A stretch of 64,000 nt of DNA from Candidatus Saccharimonadota bacterium (GTDB taxonomy: Bacteria; Patescibacteriota; Saccharimonadia; UBA4664). The stretch spans positions 956 to 64,955 of the forward strand of contig JACAFG010000003.1 in NCBI GenBank assembly GCA_019352195.1, written 5' to 3'. This document shows positions 1-10,026 of this stretch, one piece after another (the first letter of the stretch is position 1; each line of letters starts with the position of its first letter). Below the pieces are notes generated by a model, which had not been told where the DNA came from, did not search any database, and was given only the letters and a program-made list of their open reading frames with translations. The translations under genes were made by a program, and so were the position numbers.

Positions 1-1336
1 CGCGTCGCCAGCCGGAGCCGGGGCGCCGGTGAGCGGGTCGCGGGCATCCCCTGTTTTTGGAAACGCGATGACTTCGCGAATATTGGGTTCACCGGCGAGG
101 AGCATGATGATCCGATCGATGCCTGGAGCCATGCCGCCGTGGGGTGGAGCGCCATACTTGAAGGCTTCGATCATATGGCCAAACTTAGCCGTAATTTCTT
201 CATCGCTGAGCCCGAGCACCTGAAAAATCTTCTGCTGCATCTCGGCGTTATGAATTCGGATGGAGCCACTTGATAGTTCATACCCGTTTAAGACGAGGTC
301 ATATGAATCGGCACGTACTTTGAGCGGCTCCGTATCCATGAGGTGCATATCCTCGGCCTTAGGAGCGGTAAACGGATGGTGCATTGCACTGAGGCCTTTG
401 CCATTTTCGCCCGGCTCAAACATCGGGAAATCGAGTACCCATACAAAGGCTAGTTCGTTCGGATCGTTCTTATCATGGCGCAGGTCAGGCTTGTCGTTGC
501 CGTATTTCTCCATACTTTCGGCATAAGTAAGGCGCGGGAATGGTACCGTGGTGAGCTTTTTATCGGGCGCAACGGTTTTGATCATTTCGATAAACATGGC
601 TTCATTAAGCGCTAAAATGTCTTCTTGGGTGACAAAGCTCATCTCCATATCGAGCTGAGTAAACTCGGGTTGACGGTCGCCGCGCTGATCTTCATCGCGG
701 AAGGCACGGGCAATTTGGAAATAGCGGCCGATACCGCCGACCATTAATAACTGCTTAAACTGCTGCGGGCTTTGAGGCAAGACATAAAACGACTCAGGGT
801 GAAGGCGGCTGGGAACCAAAAACTCGCGGGCTCCTTCGGGAGTCCCGCGGTTGAGCATCGGAGTTTCAACCTCGATGAAACCCTGCTTATCGAGATAGTC
901 ACGGAAAAACTTAACGACGCGGTGACGCAGGCGCAAGTTGGTGGCCATGCGCTCGCTTCGGAGGTCGAGATAACGGTATTTCAGGCGTAGCTCTTCGTTG
1001 ATCGCCGAAGTGTCTTTTCTAATCTCAAACGGGAGCTCGGCAGCTTCGTTGATGACCGTAATGGTATCTGCGCCCAGTTCAACGCCGCCGGTAGCCAACT
1101 TGTCGTTACGGAAGCGCTCGCCGCGCTCACGAACTTCGCCGGTTACTTCTATGACGTACTCGGCGGCCATTTTTGGCAGCTTATCAGACTCAACCACCAC
1201 CTGAAGCAAGCCCGTTTGGTCGCGCAAATCGATAAAAGCAACTTTGCCCATGTCACGCACGGTGTGAACCCAGCCACGCACGGTGACGGTTTGGCCGATA
1301 TTATCGTTGGTTTGGATGGTAGTGAGGCTATTCATG
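1..1336 (-). CDS. aspS: aspartate--tRNA ligase (AspRS); 3' end lies beyond the window start
   Basis: My own reverse-strand translation from ATG at 1336 reads MNSLTTIQTNDNIGQTVTVRGWVHTVRDMGKVAFIDLRDQTG...FRDEDQRGDRQPEFTQLDMEMSF...HGGMAPGIDR. These are class II AspRS anticodon-binding and catalytic motifs. The ORF runs off the window edge, so it is absent from the ORF track. Confidence 0.9.
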
Positions 1337-1396
1337 TCGGATATTGTACCTGTTTGGCTGACAATGAGCTAGTTTGGCCTCAACCCGAACGCGAAC

Positions 1397-2368
1397 TTAA
1401 GCGGTGGCCGCCCGCTTGGCGTGCCGCTCGGCATGCGCCAAATTATCGAGATAGGTTCGAATTTCAAGGGTCGCGCTCACACCTTCACCGACGGCCGAGG
1501 CAATTTGCCAGGTCGAACCGCTGCGCACATCTCCGGCCGCGTAGACGCCGGGGATGCTCGTAAGAAAATGGGCATCAGTCACAATGAAATCACGGTCATC
1601 CAGCGTGAGACTGTCTTTAAAGGCGCCGGTATTGGCCAGCAGCCCGATGAGCACAAAGATACCCGGCGCTTCGTAGGTGACGCCCTCGTTGTTCGTGGTG
1701 GCGCTGACGCCCGTTACTTTGTCATCCGAAACGTTAATTTTGTCGATGACGGTGTTATAGACAATGGTCAGGTTTTCGAGCAGGCTAACTTGCTCCCGCA
1801 AAATTGCACTGCCCTTTAGCTCTGGGCCACGCACGAGCATGGTGATATGGGAGGCAAACTTGGTTAAAAACATGATCTCTTGCATTGCGGAGTTGCCGCC
1901 GCCCACAACGATCAGGTCACGCCCGCGGTAAACTGGCCCATCACAGGTGGCGCAAAAATGCACTCCACGGCCAATCATCTCGGTTTCGCCGGGGACGCCA
2001 AGTTGACGGTAGGTAGAGCCGGTCGTAATGAGAACAGTTCTGGCCTGCAAGGGTGCTTTCTTAGTGGTGAGCTCGACAATATCACCAACACGCGCGATTT
2101 TTTGGACATCAATACCGGTTTTTACTTGCGCGCCAAAGCGTTTCGCCTGAGCGTAGAGCTTGTCGGACAGCTCGAGACCGCCAATACCGTTTTCAAACCC
2201 GGGGTAATTATCGATAACTTCGGTGAGGGCGGCCATGCCGCCGACCACGGCCTTTTCTACTACAAGGGTCGAGATGTCCTCCCGAGCTGAATAAATAGCT
2301 GCGGCCAGGCCAGCCGGCCCAGCGCCAATAATAACGAGATCATAGAGAGGTGGATCCGTTGGTTGCAT
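1397..2368 (-). CDS. trxB: thioredoxin-disulfide reductase
   Basis: 323 aa. Has the FAD GxGxxG motif (YDLVIIGAGPAGLAAA), the redox-active CATCDG, and a second NAD(P) GGGNSA motif. Confidence 0.9.
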   Translation of the reverse strand: MQPTDPPLYDLVIIGAGPAGLAAAIYSAREDISTLVVEKAVVGGMAALTEVIDNYPGFENGIGGLELSDKLYAQAKRFGAQVKTGIDVQKIARVGDIVELTTKKAPLQARTVLITTGSTYRQLGVPGETEMIGRGVHFCATCDGPVYRGRDLIVVGGGNSAMQEIMFLTKFASHITMLVRGPELKGSAILREQVSLLENLTIVYNTVIDKINVSDDKVTGVSATTNNEGVTYEAPGIFVLIGLLANTGAFKDSLTLDDRDFIVTDAHFLTSIPGVYAAGDVRSGSTWQIASAVGEGVSATLEIRTYLDNLAHAERHAKRAATA

Positions 2369-2446
2369 GTATATAGTGTACCCTTCTTGCCGGTATAACG
2401 CTAGCGCTTAGAGCGACTAAGCTCGGTCCCGGTCGCAACTAATCTT

Positions 2447-2474
2447 ATCAAAAACACGGCCCCGAAGGGCCGTG
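2447..2474 (-). terminator. rho-independent terminator downstream of the LCP gene (hairpin cacggccc-gaa-gggccgtg with U-run on the minus strand)
   Basis: Perfect 8-bp GC-rich stem at 2455-2474. It is preceded on the plus strand by caaaaa, which gives UUUUUG after the hairpin on the minus strand. Confidence 0.5.
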
Positions 2475-2612
2475 GGTGCAATGCGAGGGGTCTAGAGGTT
2501 TACGAGCACCTGCAAGTACCAAAAACGAACCTAAACTCCACTCACCATTGCTCTTTTGTTATATCACGAAGCTCAAGCGGGATACAAGTGCTTTTGCCAA
2601 AAATGGCAGCTT

Positions 2613-3965
2613 TTATTTAGCCACCGAGGTACTGGCTCCCAGGACCGAGTTCGATGAGCTAGCCTGGGCCTGCACCGCAGTCGTATACGGCGCGGGCAAA
2701 TTGGGTCCAGCTGAGTTAATGAAGGCCTGAGGAGTGAGCGACGCCGAATCAATGAGATGGTTCATATAGTAAATAGCCAGCTCACGGTACTTGGAGTCGC
2801 TACCGCCGCCCGCCGGCGTGGTACAGCTGCCAATCGTGCCGTACAGCGTAATGTAGGCACCAATACTTGAGGTGCTCGAACACAGGAAGCCATTTTCCGT
2901 GGACCAGTTACCTTTTTCGATGTCCGTATCTGGATTGAGCGTTTTAGCGATGGGTGCAAACGCTACCATTTCGTCGGTCGACATATTGGTATCAACGTTC
3001 TCGCCCAGAATAGTCAGGTAGTGTGAAATGTCGCCAATATTACCGACAATACCAAGCGACTTTACTTTGGTTAAGACGGCACTTAACACCAGCATTTGCC
3101 GTTTAGATCGCGCAAAATCGCTCCCCTCGCCATTGTCGAGGCTATGACGGCTGCGCGAATAGATGAGCGCGGTATCCCCGTTCATGTGCTGCACGCCGGC
3201 GACAAAGCTCGGTGCGGGACGGATATAACCTGAGTAATTCCAGGTGGGATACTCGTAGTCAGTAAAGCCGTCAGGAACATCAATATCAACGCCGCCCAAG
3301 GTGTTTACCAAATCAACTTCGCCCTGCATATTAAACTTCACCCAATAATCGATATTAATGCCATACTCTTTGGCTACTTGGCCCGCGACAAATAGGCTGG
3401 CATACTGGGGATCTTTTTTGTTGCGCATGTAGGCATAGGCGTAAACTTCGCCGAATTTGGCAGTTTCGTAGCCGTCATTTATTTGCAGGTCGCGGGGAAT
3501 GTTAATGGTGACGAGTTTTTTCTGCTGCCAGTAATATGACGCTAGCATAATTGAATCGGTGCGCATGCCGTCTTTTGTCATGCCATAAATAAGAAAATTA
3601 GTCTGCCCGTTCGTCTGGCCTTTAAGCGTGGTAGTCTCCCCTATCGATTTCTTAACGACACTGGCGGCAATATTAAGAGCGCTGAGTTTGGTATTTGGGG
3701 TGTGGGGCCTAAATACCATTGCCGCTAAAGCCGCTACCACCAAAATTGGCAACATCAATAGCCCAAACACCAGGCCGCGGTGCTTACTGGTAGAGCGTTG
3801 CCGAACCTGGCGCGAAGGCCCCGCGATGGGAGTCTCGGGCGCCACGGAAATAATTACGGGATTAGGGGTTAGGGTAGTTGGATTGGTTGCGGCAACGCTG
3901 CGGCGGCCCCGTACGGGGCCGTCCAGACGCTGCCTTCGCCGTCCATCACCATTCGGATCAAGCAT
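2613..3965 (-). CDS. LytR-CpsA-Psr (LCP) family cell-envelope attachment protein
   Basis: N-terminal Pro-rich region and one TM helix, then the LCP core (DSIMLASYYWQQKKLVTINIPRDL...GGVDIDVP). The track ORF extends to 4133 and overlaps the upstream J-domain gene by 122 nt. I place the start at the internal ATG (MLDPNGDG) near 3965. Confidence 0.7.
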   Translation of the reverse strand: MLDPNGDGRRRQRLDGPVRGRRSVAATNPTTLTPNPVIISVAPETPIAGPSRQVRQRSTSKHRGLVFGLLMLPILVVAALAAMVFRPHTPNTKLSALNIAASVVKKSIGETTTLKGQTNGQTNFLIYGMTKDGMRTDSIMLASYYWQQKKLVTINIPRDLQINDGYETAKFGEVYAYAYMRNKKDPQYASLFVAGQVAKEYGINIDYWVKFNMQGEVDLVNTLGGVDIDVPDGFTDYEYPTWNYSGYIRPAPSFVAGVQHMNGDTALIYSRSRHSLDNGEGSDFARSKRQMLVLSAVLTKVKSLGIVGNIGDISHYLTILGENVDTNMSTDEMVAFAPIAKTLNPDTDIEKGNWSTENGFLCSSTSSIGAYITLYGTIGSCTTPAGGGSDSKYRELAIYYMNHLIDSASLTPQAFINSAGPNLPAPYTTAVQAQASSSNSVLGASTSVAK

Positions 3966-4011
3966 AACTAGTATTTTAGCAGACAAAACCGAAGCCGTCG
4001 TGTGCAAACTA

Positions 4012-5001
4012 TTAGGGTGTAGGCTGGCTGGGTGAAGCGGCCTGACGCAGGGTGGCGTTATACGCGTCGTTAGCATCATTATATTGGCTTCGTAAGGCTT
4101 CGCAGCGCGCATTGGTGGCATTGTAGCTGGCAATTTGCTGCTGCTTTACCGGCACGAGCGAATCATATGCGTCGGTTTTTCCGCCCCATAAGTACGTATT
4201 CATGCGGGTTTCGGTGGCGCCAATGGCGGTATCGTTTTGATGCAAGGTTGCCTCACAACTATAGTACTGTGCACTCAGGGCGGCCATTTGGGCAGAATCC
4301 TTGGCGCTGGCAGCCGATAGCGAGGCATTGGCGAGCGGTGTCGGACTGGTTGGATTTGCATTCAGAGAGGACGCGGGCAGAGTTGCGAGACGCAACATGA
4401 CAATAAGCCCTACGATCGCCGTTCCCATGATCACCCCGCGCCACGCAAATGGTGAGACTATACCGTGGTAAAGGTCGTCAAACTGCTGGGGACTAAGCTG
4501 ACGTCGGGCAAGTTGCTGCGGATTATAGAAGTAATGAATTCCGCGAACGATACTAAACAAGCCGTAGCCAATGGCGGCCCAAAACAACAAGTAGACCGAG
4601 TTGTTGGTGTGGCTTAAGTAGCCGATTGAGACAAAAAAACCGCCAAAAACGAACCAGGCGAGGCCGATGATGATATCTTTGTGAGCCTCAGCGCGGGCCG
4701 CATCTTCAACCTGTACGCGCGCCACGGCTCGCGCAGCCCAACTGTCATCGCCAGATGCCACCGGCCGCTTGGGTGCCGTATGAGATTGGATGCGTGAGCG
4801 GTTTTGTTCGTCGTAGCGGGAGCGCTTTTCGCTCCGGCCCAACACCTGATAGGCCTCGTTCAGCCGTTGCATTGCCCGCTCACTGCCGCCGTGATCTGGA
4901 TGATATAGCTTGGATAATTCGATATACTGACGCTTAATTTGCGCCGCGGAAGCGCTGGGAGTAAGTCCAAACGTTTTGTAGTAGCCAAGATTATCAGTCA
5001 C
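4012..5001 (-). CDS. J-domain (DnaJ-like) membrane protein
   Basis: N-terminal J domain with HPD motif (YYKTFGLTPSASAAQIKRQYIELSKLYHPDHGG). Followed by about 3 TM helices and a Ser/Ala/Asn-rich extracytoplasmic tail. Confidence 0.7.
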   Translation of the reverse strand: MTDNLGYYKTFGLTPSASAAQIKRQYIELSKLYHPDHGGSERAMQRLNEAYQVLGRSEKRSRYDEQNRSRIQSHTAPKRPVASGDDSWAARAVARVQVEDAARAEAHKDIIIGLAWFVFGGFFVSIGYLSHTNNSVYLLFWAAIGYGLFSIVRGIHYFYNPQQLARRQLSPQQFDDLYHGIVSPFAWRGVIMGTAIVGLIVMLRLATLPASSLNANPTSPTPLANASLSAASAKDSAQMAALSAQYYSCEATLHQNDTAIGATETRMNTYLWGGKTDAYDSLVPVKQQQIASYNATNARCEALRSQYNDANDAYNATLRQAASPSQPTP

Positions 5002-5096
5002 GCTAACGCCACAGGAAATTAGTTTTCTCGTGACATATTAGTACGCTGTTTTGGCACTTTTTGCAAGGTCTTAGATCGGTCACGCTACCGAGTGCG

Positions 5097-6410
5097 TTAG
5101 GCCGCTGGCGCCGGCTGGGGTGCCGGACTCAGGCGAATTGTTACGACATAGGCGATGACCACCGCCACAATCACCAGCGGCATCACATCGAGACCATCTG
5201 ATGACAAGAGCAACGTGGCGAGCAATATAGAGACCAAGGGAAACTTCAGCATAGAAACGGTCATTGCCCCCATGCCAATGGCAATGGCCGGCACTAACGA
5301 TAGGCCTGGCAAGTGAGACATGGCAATTCCCAAGGCGGCTCCAATAAACATAGCCGGAAAAGTTGGACCACCGCGGAAGCTCGAGAGCGAAATACCGTAA
5401 GACAGACCCTTCAAAACTATGAGCAGAACGAGCGTCCAAACCGGAAACGAGCTTGCATTAACAATGAGCGGTCCAAGTGACGATTCACCGGAATACAGGA
5501 CGTTGGTGGAGCTGTCACCGGTCGTGATACTGTAGCCAATGGCAAGTAAGGCCACTATCACACCGGCCATTACCGCTCCGCCGACGCCGAAACGCGAGGC
5601 GTAAGGCTTAACTCGAAAGCCAAGCCAGCGGATGGCCCGTATCACCAGCGGCGCAACTAAGCCCACTACGATTGCCCAACCGAATTCGGTAATCGTGGGT
5701 GCGCCGATATGAGGCAAATTAGGGATGGCGAGTGATAAGGTCCCGAGTCCGGTGAGCGATCCGAGGCCCAGAAAGATAAGGTAGCCGATACCAGCCGACA
5801 GTAAACCAGGAATTAAGACCATTTCCATGGTGGCACCACCCAGACCAGCAGCTTCCATCATAAGAAAGGCTCCCAGTAATGGCGAACCCAATAAGGCGGA
5901 GATGGCGGCAAAGCTACCGGACGCCGCGATCATAGCGCCGGCCTGATTTGGCAGATCTTTTTTGGCTTGCTTAACCGCCCAGTAGGCCAAGCCGCCGCCG
6001 ATTGCAATCAGCGGCCCTTCGGGACCAACTACCGCGCCGAGGCCGATGCTCGCAAGACTGGCGATAGCAATACCGGGGAGATTAGCCGGGATCGGTAAGC
6101 CGCCCGCTTTAAAGCCTTCGATTGGCATTTCGCCACCTTTGCCGGGCAGGTACTTGATAACAAGGCCGACAATGAGACCCGCCAATGTTAGTGGAATGAG
6201 CGGCCACCAGGTAGCGGCAGTGTGAGAGCTAATGTGGGCAGGAACGTCAGTAAAGAGCCACGTCTGCAGTTGGCCGGTCAGTGCCAAAAAGAAAAACGCC
6301 ACGACTGAGACAGGAATTCCAATAAGGGCCGCAATAACGAGTAACTGAATATAGGCCTTACTTCTCATAGGGGCGTAGGGATCGGGAGAAACGGCCGGCG
6401 TTGTACTCAT
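5097..6410 (-). CDS. ClC-family chloride channel / H+-Cl- antiporter (short form, no CBS domains)
   Basis: 437 aa polytopic membrane protein with ClC selectivity-filter-like motifs (GPEGPLIAIGGG, GGPTFPAMFIG). Confidence 0.65.
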   Translation of the reverse strand: MSTTPAVSPDPYAPMRSKAYIQLLVIAALIGIPVSVVAFFFLALTGQLQTWLFTDVPAHISSHTAATWWPLIPLTLAGLIVGLVIKYLPGKGGEMPIEGFKAGGLPIPANLPGIAIASLASIGLGAVVGPEGPLIAIGGGLAYWAVKQAKKDLPNQAGAMIAASGSFAAISALLGSPLLGAFLMMEAAGLGGATMEMVLIPGLLSAGIGYLIFLGLGSLTGLGTLSLAIPNLPHIGAPTITEFGWAIVVGLVAPLVIRAIRWLGFRVKPYASRFGVGGAVMAGVIVALLAIGYSITTGDSSTNVLYSGESSLGPLIVNASSFPVWTLVLLIVLKGLSYGISLSSFRGGPTFPAMFIGAALGIAMSHLPGLSLVPAIAIGMGAMTVSMLKFPLVSILLATLLLSSDGLDVMPLVIVAVVIAYVVTIRLSPAPQPAPAA

Positions 6411-6492
6411 GGCATCCTTTCGGTGAACTAAACTAATTTTGCTTGGGCTACAGCACCGCTAAATCTTGTTCTCATTGTGGCATTTAATGGCT

Positions 6493-6939
6493 CTAGCTGG
6501 CAATCTTGGCAGTTACGTCTGGATCTCGTGCTTTGGCGGCAAGCAGTTTACGCGTAAGCTTATACTGAATTTTTGTGATCCAAATAAATCCGGCGTCCAA
6601 AATTATGAGAGCCACGAGCCAGGACGATGGCTCAACGAACATACGGTAGATTTGATAGACCATAAACACTACCAAAAAGCCGATCATGAGGGGGAAGGCC
6701 CAAGTCTTTTTACGGTACAAAGCTACTACGAGTACGAGTTTAAACGATCCATGCAGTATGAAGTAGACTATCAATACCTCGAGTGAAGCATTGGTATCGG
6801 GAATAAAATTGGATATTGGCGATGGTGACTGGAGCAGTAAGACGCCAGCGACAATTTCAAACACTGCGTCGAGAGCTTTCATTACGAGAGACGCTCCAAA
6901 AGCTTGATTGAGGGTTTTTTCGCTGTTTGAGAGAGCCAT
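6493..6939 (-). CDS. small 4-TM membrane protein (DUF2127-like)
   Basis: 148 aa with four hydrophobic helices. The domain assignment is from memory of the family and is uncertain. Confidence 0.45.
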   Translation of the reverse strand: MALSNSEKTLNQAFGASLVMKALDAVFEIVAGVLLLQSPSPISNFIPDTNASLEVLIVYFILHGSFKLVLVVALYRKKTWAFPLMIGFLVVFMVYQIYRMFVEPSSWLVALIILDAGFIWITKIQYKLTRKLLAAKARDPDVTAKIAS

Positions 6940-7056
6940 GGGATTATATTACTCGTGCTCCGCACTTATGTCGCTTAAGGCCCGAATATAAGTCGCGTCG
7001 TATTCATGCAAAACCGGCACCTCGCTTTGAGATGCCGGTTTTGACAGGTTTTGATC

Positions 7057-7335
7057 CTACAGTCCGAGAATTTGACGCTTTTTAGCCTGAAATTCGTCTT
7101 CGGTAAGATAGCCCTGATCTTTCAGACTGCCGAGCTTCTCAATTTCAGCGTAGGGATCGGCTGCTACCGGAGCCGCGGCAGGTTGTTCCTGGGGTGCTGG
7201 CGCTGGAGCAGCTTGAGGCTGCGATTGCTGCTGGCGACTAGCCACATTTCCCGCTACGGCCGTAGCAGTACCAGCAACCACGGCTGTCCGCGCCATTGTT
7301 CCAACTAGACCTACTCCACGTCGTCGCATTAACAT
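7057..7335 (-). CDS. SHOCT-domain protein
   Basis: C-terminal DPYAEIEKLGSLKDQGYLTEDEFQAKKRQILGL is the short C-terminal (SHOCT) motif. It is preceded by a Gln/Ala/Pro-rich linker. Confidence 0.6.
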   Translation of the reverse strand: MLMRRRGVGLVGTMARTAVVAGTATAVAGNVASRQQQSQPQAAPAPAPQEQPAAAPVAADPYAEIEKLGSLKDQGYLTEDEFQAKKRQILGL

Positions 7336-7336
7336 A

Positions 7337-7775
7337 TTATTTATCTCCTTCGGCTGGCGCTGCGGCCAACTCGCTTAATACTCGCTCAACATTTTCGGGA
7401 CGAATGCGCCCGTCGGCCACGAGCACTCCGCCAGCGCCGATCACGGCCTGTTTGAGGTCTTTGGCCCACACGTGTTCAAACAATAACAATCCAGCTGAAC
7501 TTCCGGGTTCGAGCAAAGCACCGGCTTCGGCAACGTCCTCATCAGACAGTAAGCCAGTGAAGTCTTTCATGAATGGCTTGAACGCCTCAGTAATTTCAGC
7601 GGGCATGTTTTCGATCTCAACGGCCGCCACCACGTCATCCTCACCACGGGTGATAAAAAGCAAATCGATGATCCGAATAGTGCCAGTCTCAACTAAGTGA
7701 CTGAGCTCGGGCAAAATTTCGCCCTTAAACTGGCTTCCTGGGAAAGCAATTACGACGTAATCTATGGGACCTAGC
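7337..7775 (-). CDS. hypothetical soluble protein, co-transcribed with the SHOCT gene
   Basis: ORF 7337..7810. The probable start is the internal ATG (MLGPIDYVVIAFPG). It abuts the SHOCT gene with a 1-nt gap. Family not recognised with confidence. Confidence 0.4.
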
Positions 7776-8043
7776 ATATGATCTCCTGTCCTACTATTTA
7801 CGAGTACCAAGCAATATTGGCAAGCTATACGGATACTCTTCTATTTAATACCGCTGGCGACTAAGCTGGCCAGGCGCAAGTGCCTAAAAATAGACTCTTG
7901 AAATCCATAATTATTGTGACAATGCACAAACATCCATGATAGTGCCTCGACGGTAATGATCGTAACATAAATTGCACAATTACTGCTGTGAGGAGCGCTA
8001 TAATACTACTAGTGTTTAGCCACTCTTAGCGAAAAGGTAGATT

Positions 8044-8418
8044 ATGAACCGTCTTAAAATCGCTCAGAACACCCCTGTAGCAATCCTCGCTACCGAAGCC
8101 GTCGCAGTGGTAGTGTTTGCGCTGAACTGGGGTGCCCACGGGGCTGCAGTGGCTTCTATGAGCGCGGCGGTATCTAACACCATTGTTGCGCTTATCATGG
8201 GCGTCGTCGTGGTTCGTGCCCAGCCGCCTATTGGTATCGGTCGCGCAATGCTTTATGGTTTGGGCCTTTGGCTCGCGTCGACAAGTATCTTCATCGGCAT
8301 ATTTATGTCTATTCAAAGCCATAATAAAGTCATCGGCCTACTTATTGGACTCATCATGCTAGCAGCAGGTGTCGGGTGCCTGGCAGCATTCCCTGTGCCG
8401 TCTACAGCTAAGTCTTAG
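8044..8418 (+). CDS. hypothetical 4-TM membrane protein
   Basis: 124 aa and very hydrophobic, with RBS aaaggtag before the ATG. The overlapping minus-strand ORF is Arg/His-rich and looks spurious. Confidence 0.45.
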   Translation: MNRLKIAQNTPVAILATEAVAVVVFALNWGAHGAAVASMSAAVSNTIVALIMGVVVVRAQPPIGIGRAMLYGLGLWLASTSIFIGIFMSIQSHNKVIGLLIGLIMLAAGVGCLAAFPVPSTAKS

Positions 8419-8568
8419 TTCGTTACCTTTGGAAAAAGGTAGCAGCCGCGTCAAACGCTGATTCAGGGAAGTTTGCGCGATCGCCAGAGTTACTCGTTCG
8501 TCCAATAACTTCACCAAGGCCTCTCGGTTACGAGTAAAAATTACGGTCTTAAACGCAATCCTATAGGA

Positions 8569-9291
8569 TTATTTTTGAAGTATATATTTGCGCGAGTGCA
8601 CGGCCATCGCCACAAAACTCACGTTTTCACCGTTTGGTAGTGCAATCGTCACTTCGGTAATCATGCCGTTTGGCAGTCGCTGACTCATCGAGCAGGCCGC
8701 TCCGCCTAGGCTGACGTTAAGTAACTTGCCTATTACGTCGGGGTGGCTCGCGAAACGAAACGAACCCGGGGCCTGAAGTTCTATGCTGGTTGTTCGGCGT
8801 CGATTGGCGCCGGGTGAGGTCTTAGAAGTATGCATGTCATCTTGAGTCGTGCAGCTATATAAGAGGGCGATACGCTTAGTAGCCTGAATACTGGTGGCAA
8901 ATGACGCCACGCTCATGAATGGAGTTATGCCAATTCTTCCAGCGAGAAGCACTACGTCCGTGTACCGAGCGATGTCAAGCACGAAGCACCCGAACGGGCC
9001 ACGGACATCAACTACGTCACCTATCTGGGCCGCTGACAAGCCGCGGGTAAAAGGGCCGCGTGTGCGCATACTAAATTGGAGGATCTCCTGCTCGGTTGGC
9101 GAGCTCACTATGGAAAAACAGCGAGCTGGAGTAGGCCTTCCCCCCTTAAAGAAACTAATTGCAGCATATTGCCCTGGTTGAAAGGCAATTAACTGATTTG
9201 CATCTCTTGAACGGAGTGTTACAAGCAAAGTAGAAGCATTTATTTGCTCCGATGCTTCCACAACATACTTATACATGCTCTGTAAGGCCAC
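8569..9291 (-). CDS. FAD/NAD(P)-binding oxidoreductase of the ferredoxin-NADP reductase (FNR) superfamily
   Basis: RCFSIVSSP (RxYS FAD-binding motif) and LLAGRIGITPFMS (NAD-binding GxGxxP). Has an 80-aa C-terminal extension of unknown function. Confidence 0.6.
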   Translation of the reverse strand: MALQSMYKYVVEASEQINASTLLVTLRSRDANQLIAFQPGQYAAISFFKGGRPTPARCFSIVSSPTEQEILQFSMRTRGPFTRGLSAAQIGDVVDVRGPFGCFVLDIARYTDVVLLAGRIGITPFMSVASFATSIQATKRIALLYSCTTQDDMHTSKTSPGANRRRTTSIELQAPGSFRFASHPDVIGKLLNVSLGGAACSMSQRLPNGMITEVTIALPNGENVSFVAMAVHSRKYILQK

Positions 9292-9440
9292 GGATACACT
9301 GCCTTAAATATTCAATTTTGATTATTCCACTAAGAGGCTCACTGAAGCCTCAATTTAAGGATAAGCCCTTTGTCTCCGGGTCGTGGGTGACGTTTGAACC
9401 ATTTTGAGCGAGGAAGCTATGGGCCAGTTAGGTATTTACC

Positions 9441-10026
9441 CTAGAATATGCCACCTGAAGGTTCAAGCTTGAGCTTGAACGCTCGGGTGGTACCCCTTCT
9501 GGCACCATGCATCCTTGTGGGGATGGCCCGCCGACCCATACCTGTCCTGTGCGGCAGGCGCTCGGCCGCCTCGCAGGTGATGCCTCGGATGACTCTGTGG
9601 TGGGGACGCGGGGCCTTATTGAGCCGGCCGGTCACTACAGCGAACCCGATTTTGACCCCATCTTCATAGATGCGATCGAGGTAAATCCCTTGTTTCGTGA
9701 GGATGGTGCGGCCGTTGCAGGCCGCGACCAACTCCGAATCGGTGCCCATCGGCATCGATATGCTGCCGGATTTGGCCAGTTTTAGGACTTCCCTAGCGAG
9801 GTCGAGAAGCCCGAGGTCGTCGACCTCGTCGCGCTCCGCTTGGGCGAGCGCCTGGGCGAGCAGTTCGGCCGGCGCGGTTTTTTTTGCATTGCTCGCAGTA
9901 GTACCCGGACTCGCCGAGCAACGTTACTATCGTGTGGCCGCACGCCATCGACGTGACGGTAGGGACGGTGAACTGTGCAGCCATGGTAGGCTCCATTTCT
10001 GGGTCGAGTGATGCGAGACTATTCAA
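9441..10026 (-). pseudogene. frameshifted gene (zinc-ribbon N-terminus, then a domain of unknown function); the frameshift lies in a T8/A8 homopolymer
   Basis: ORFs 9793..10026 and 9441..9755 join into one roughly 190-aa reading frame if one A is removed from the A8 run (plus-strand T8 at 9888-9895). The result is ...YYCEQCKK|TAPAELLAQALAQAERDEVDDLG...GIYLDRIYEDGVKIGFAVVTGR... Confidence 0.5.
9470..9496. repeat. palindrome-containing repeat (ttcaagcttgagcttgaa-cgctcgggtgg); a near-copy lies at 12307-12333
   Basis: An 18-nt core cttgaGcgctcgggtKgg is shared with 12316-12333 (2 mismatches). Both copies sit next to short perfect palindromes. Confidence 0.45.

Noticed and set aside
6466-6786. 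Plus-strand ORF 6466..6786 (106 aa)
   Set aside because: It overlaps the better-supported minus-strand 4-TM membrane ORF. It is His/Tyr/Glu-rich and has no RBS.
9491-9515. gtaccccttctggcacca as an inverted partial copy of the tRNA-Trp acceptor end
   Set aside because: Only 8 nt are truly shared and the orientation is opposite. Within chance expectation.
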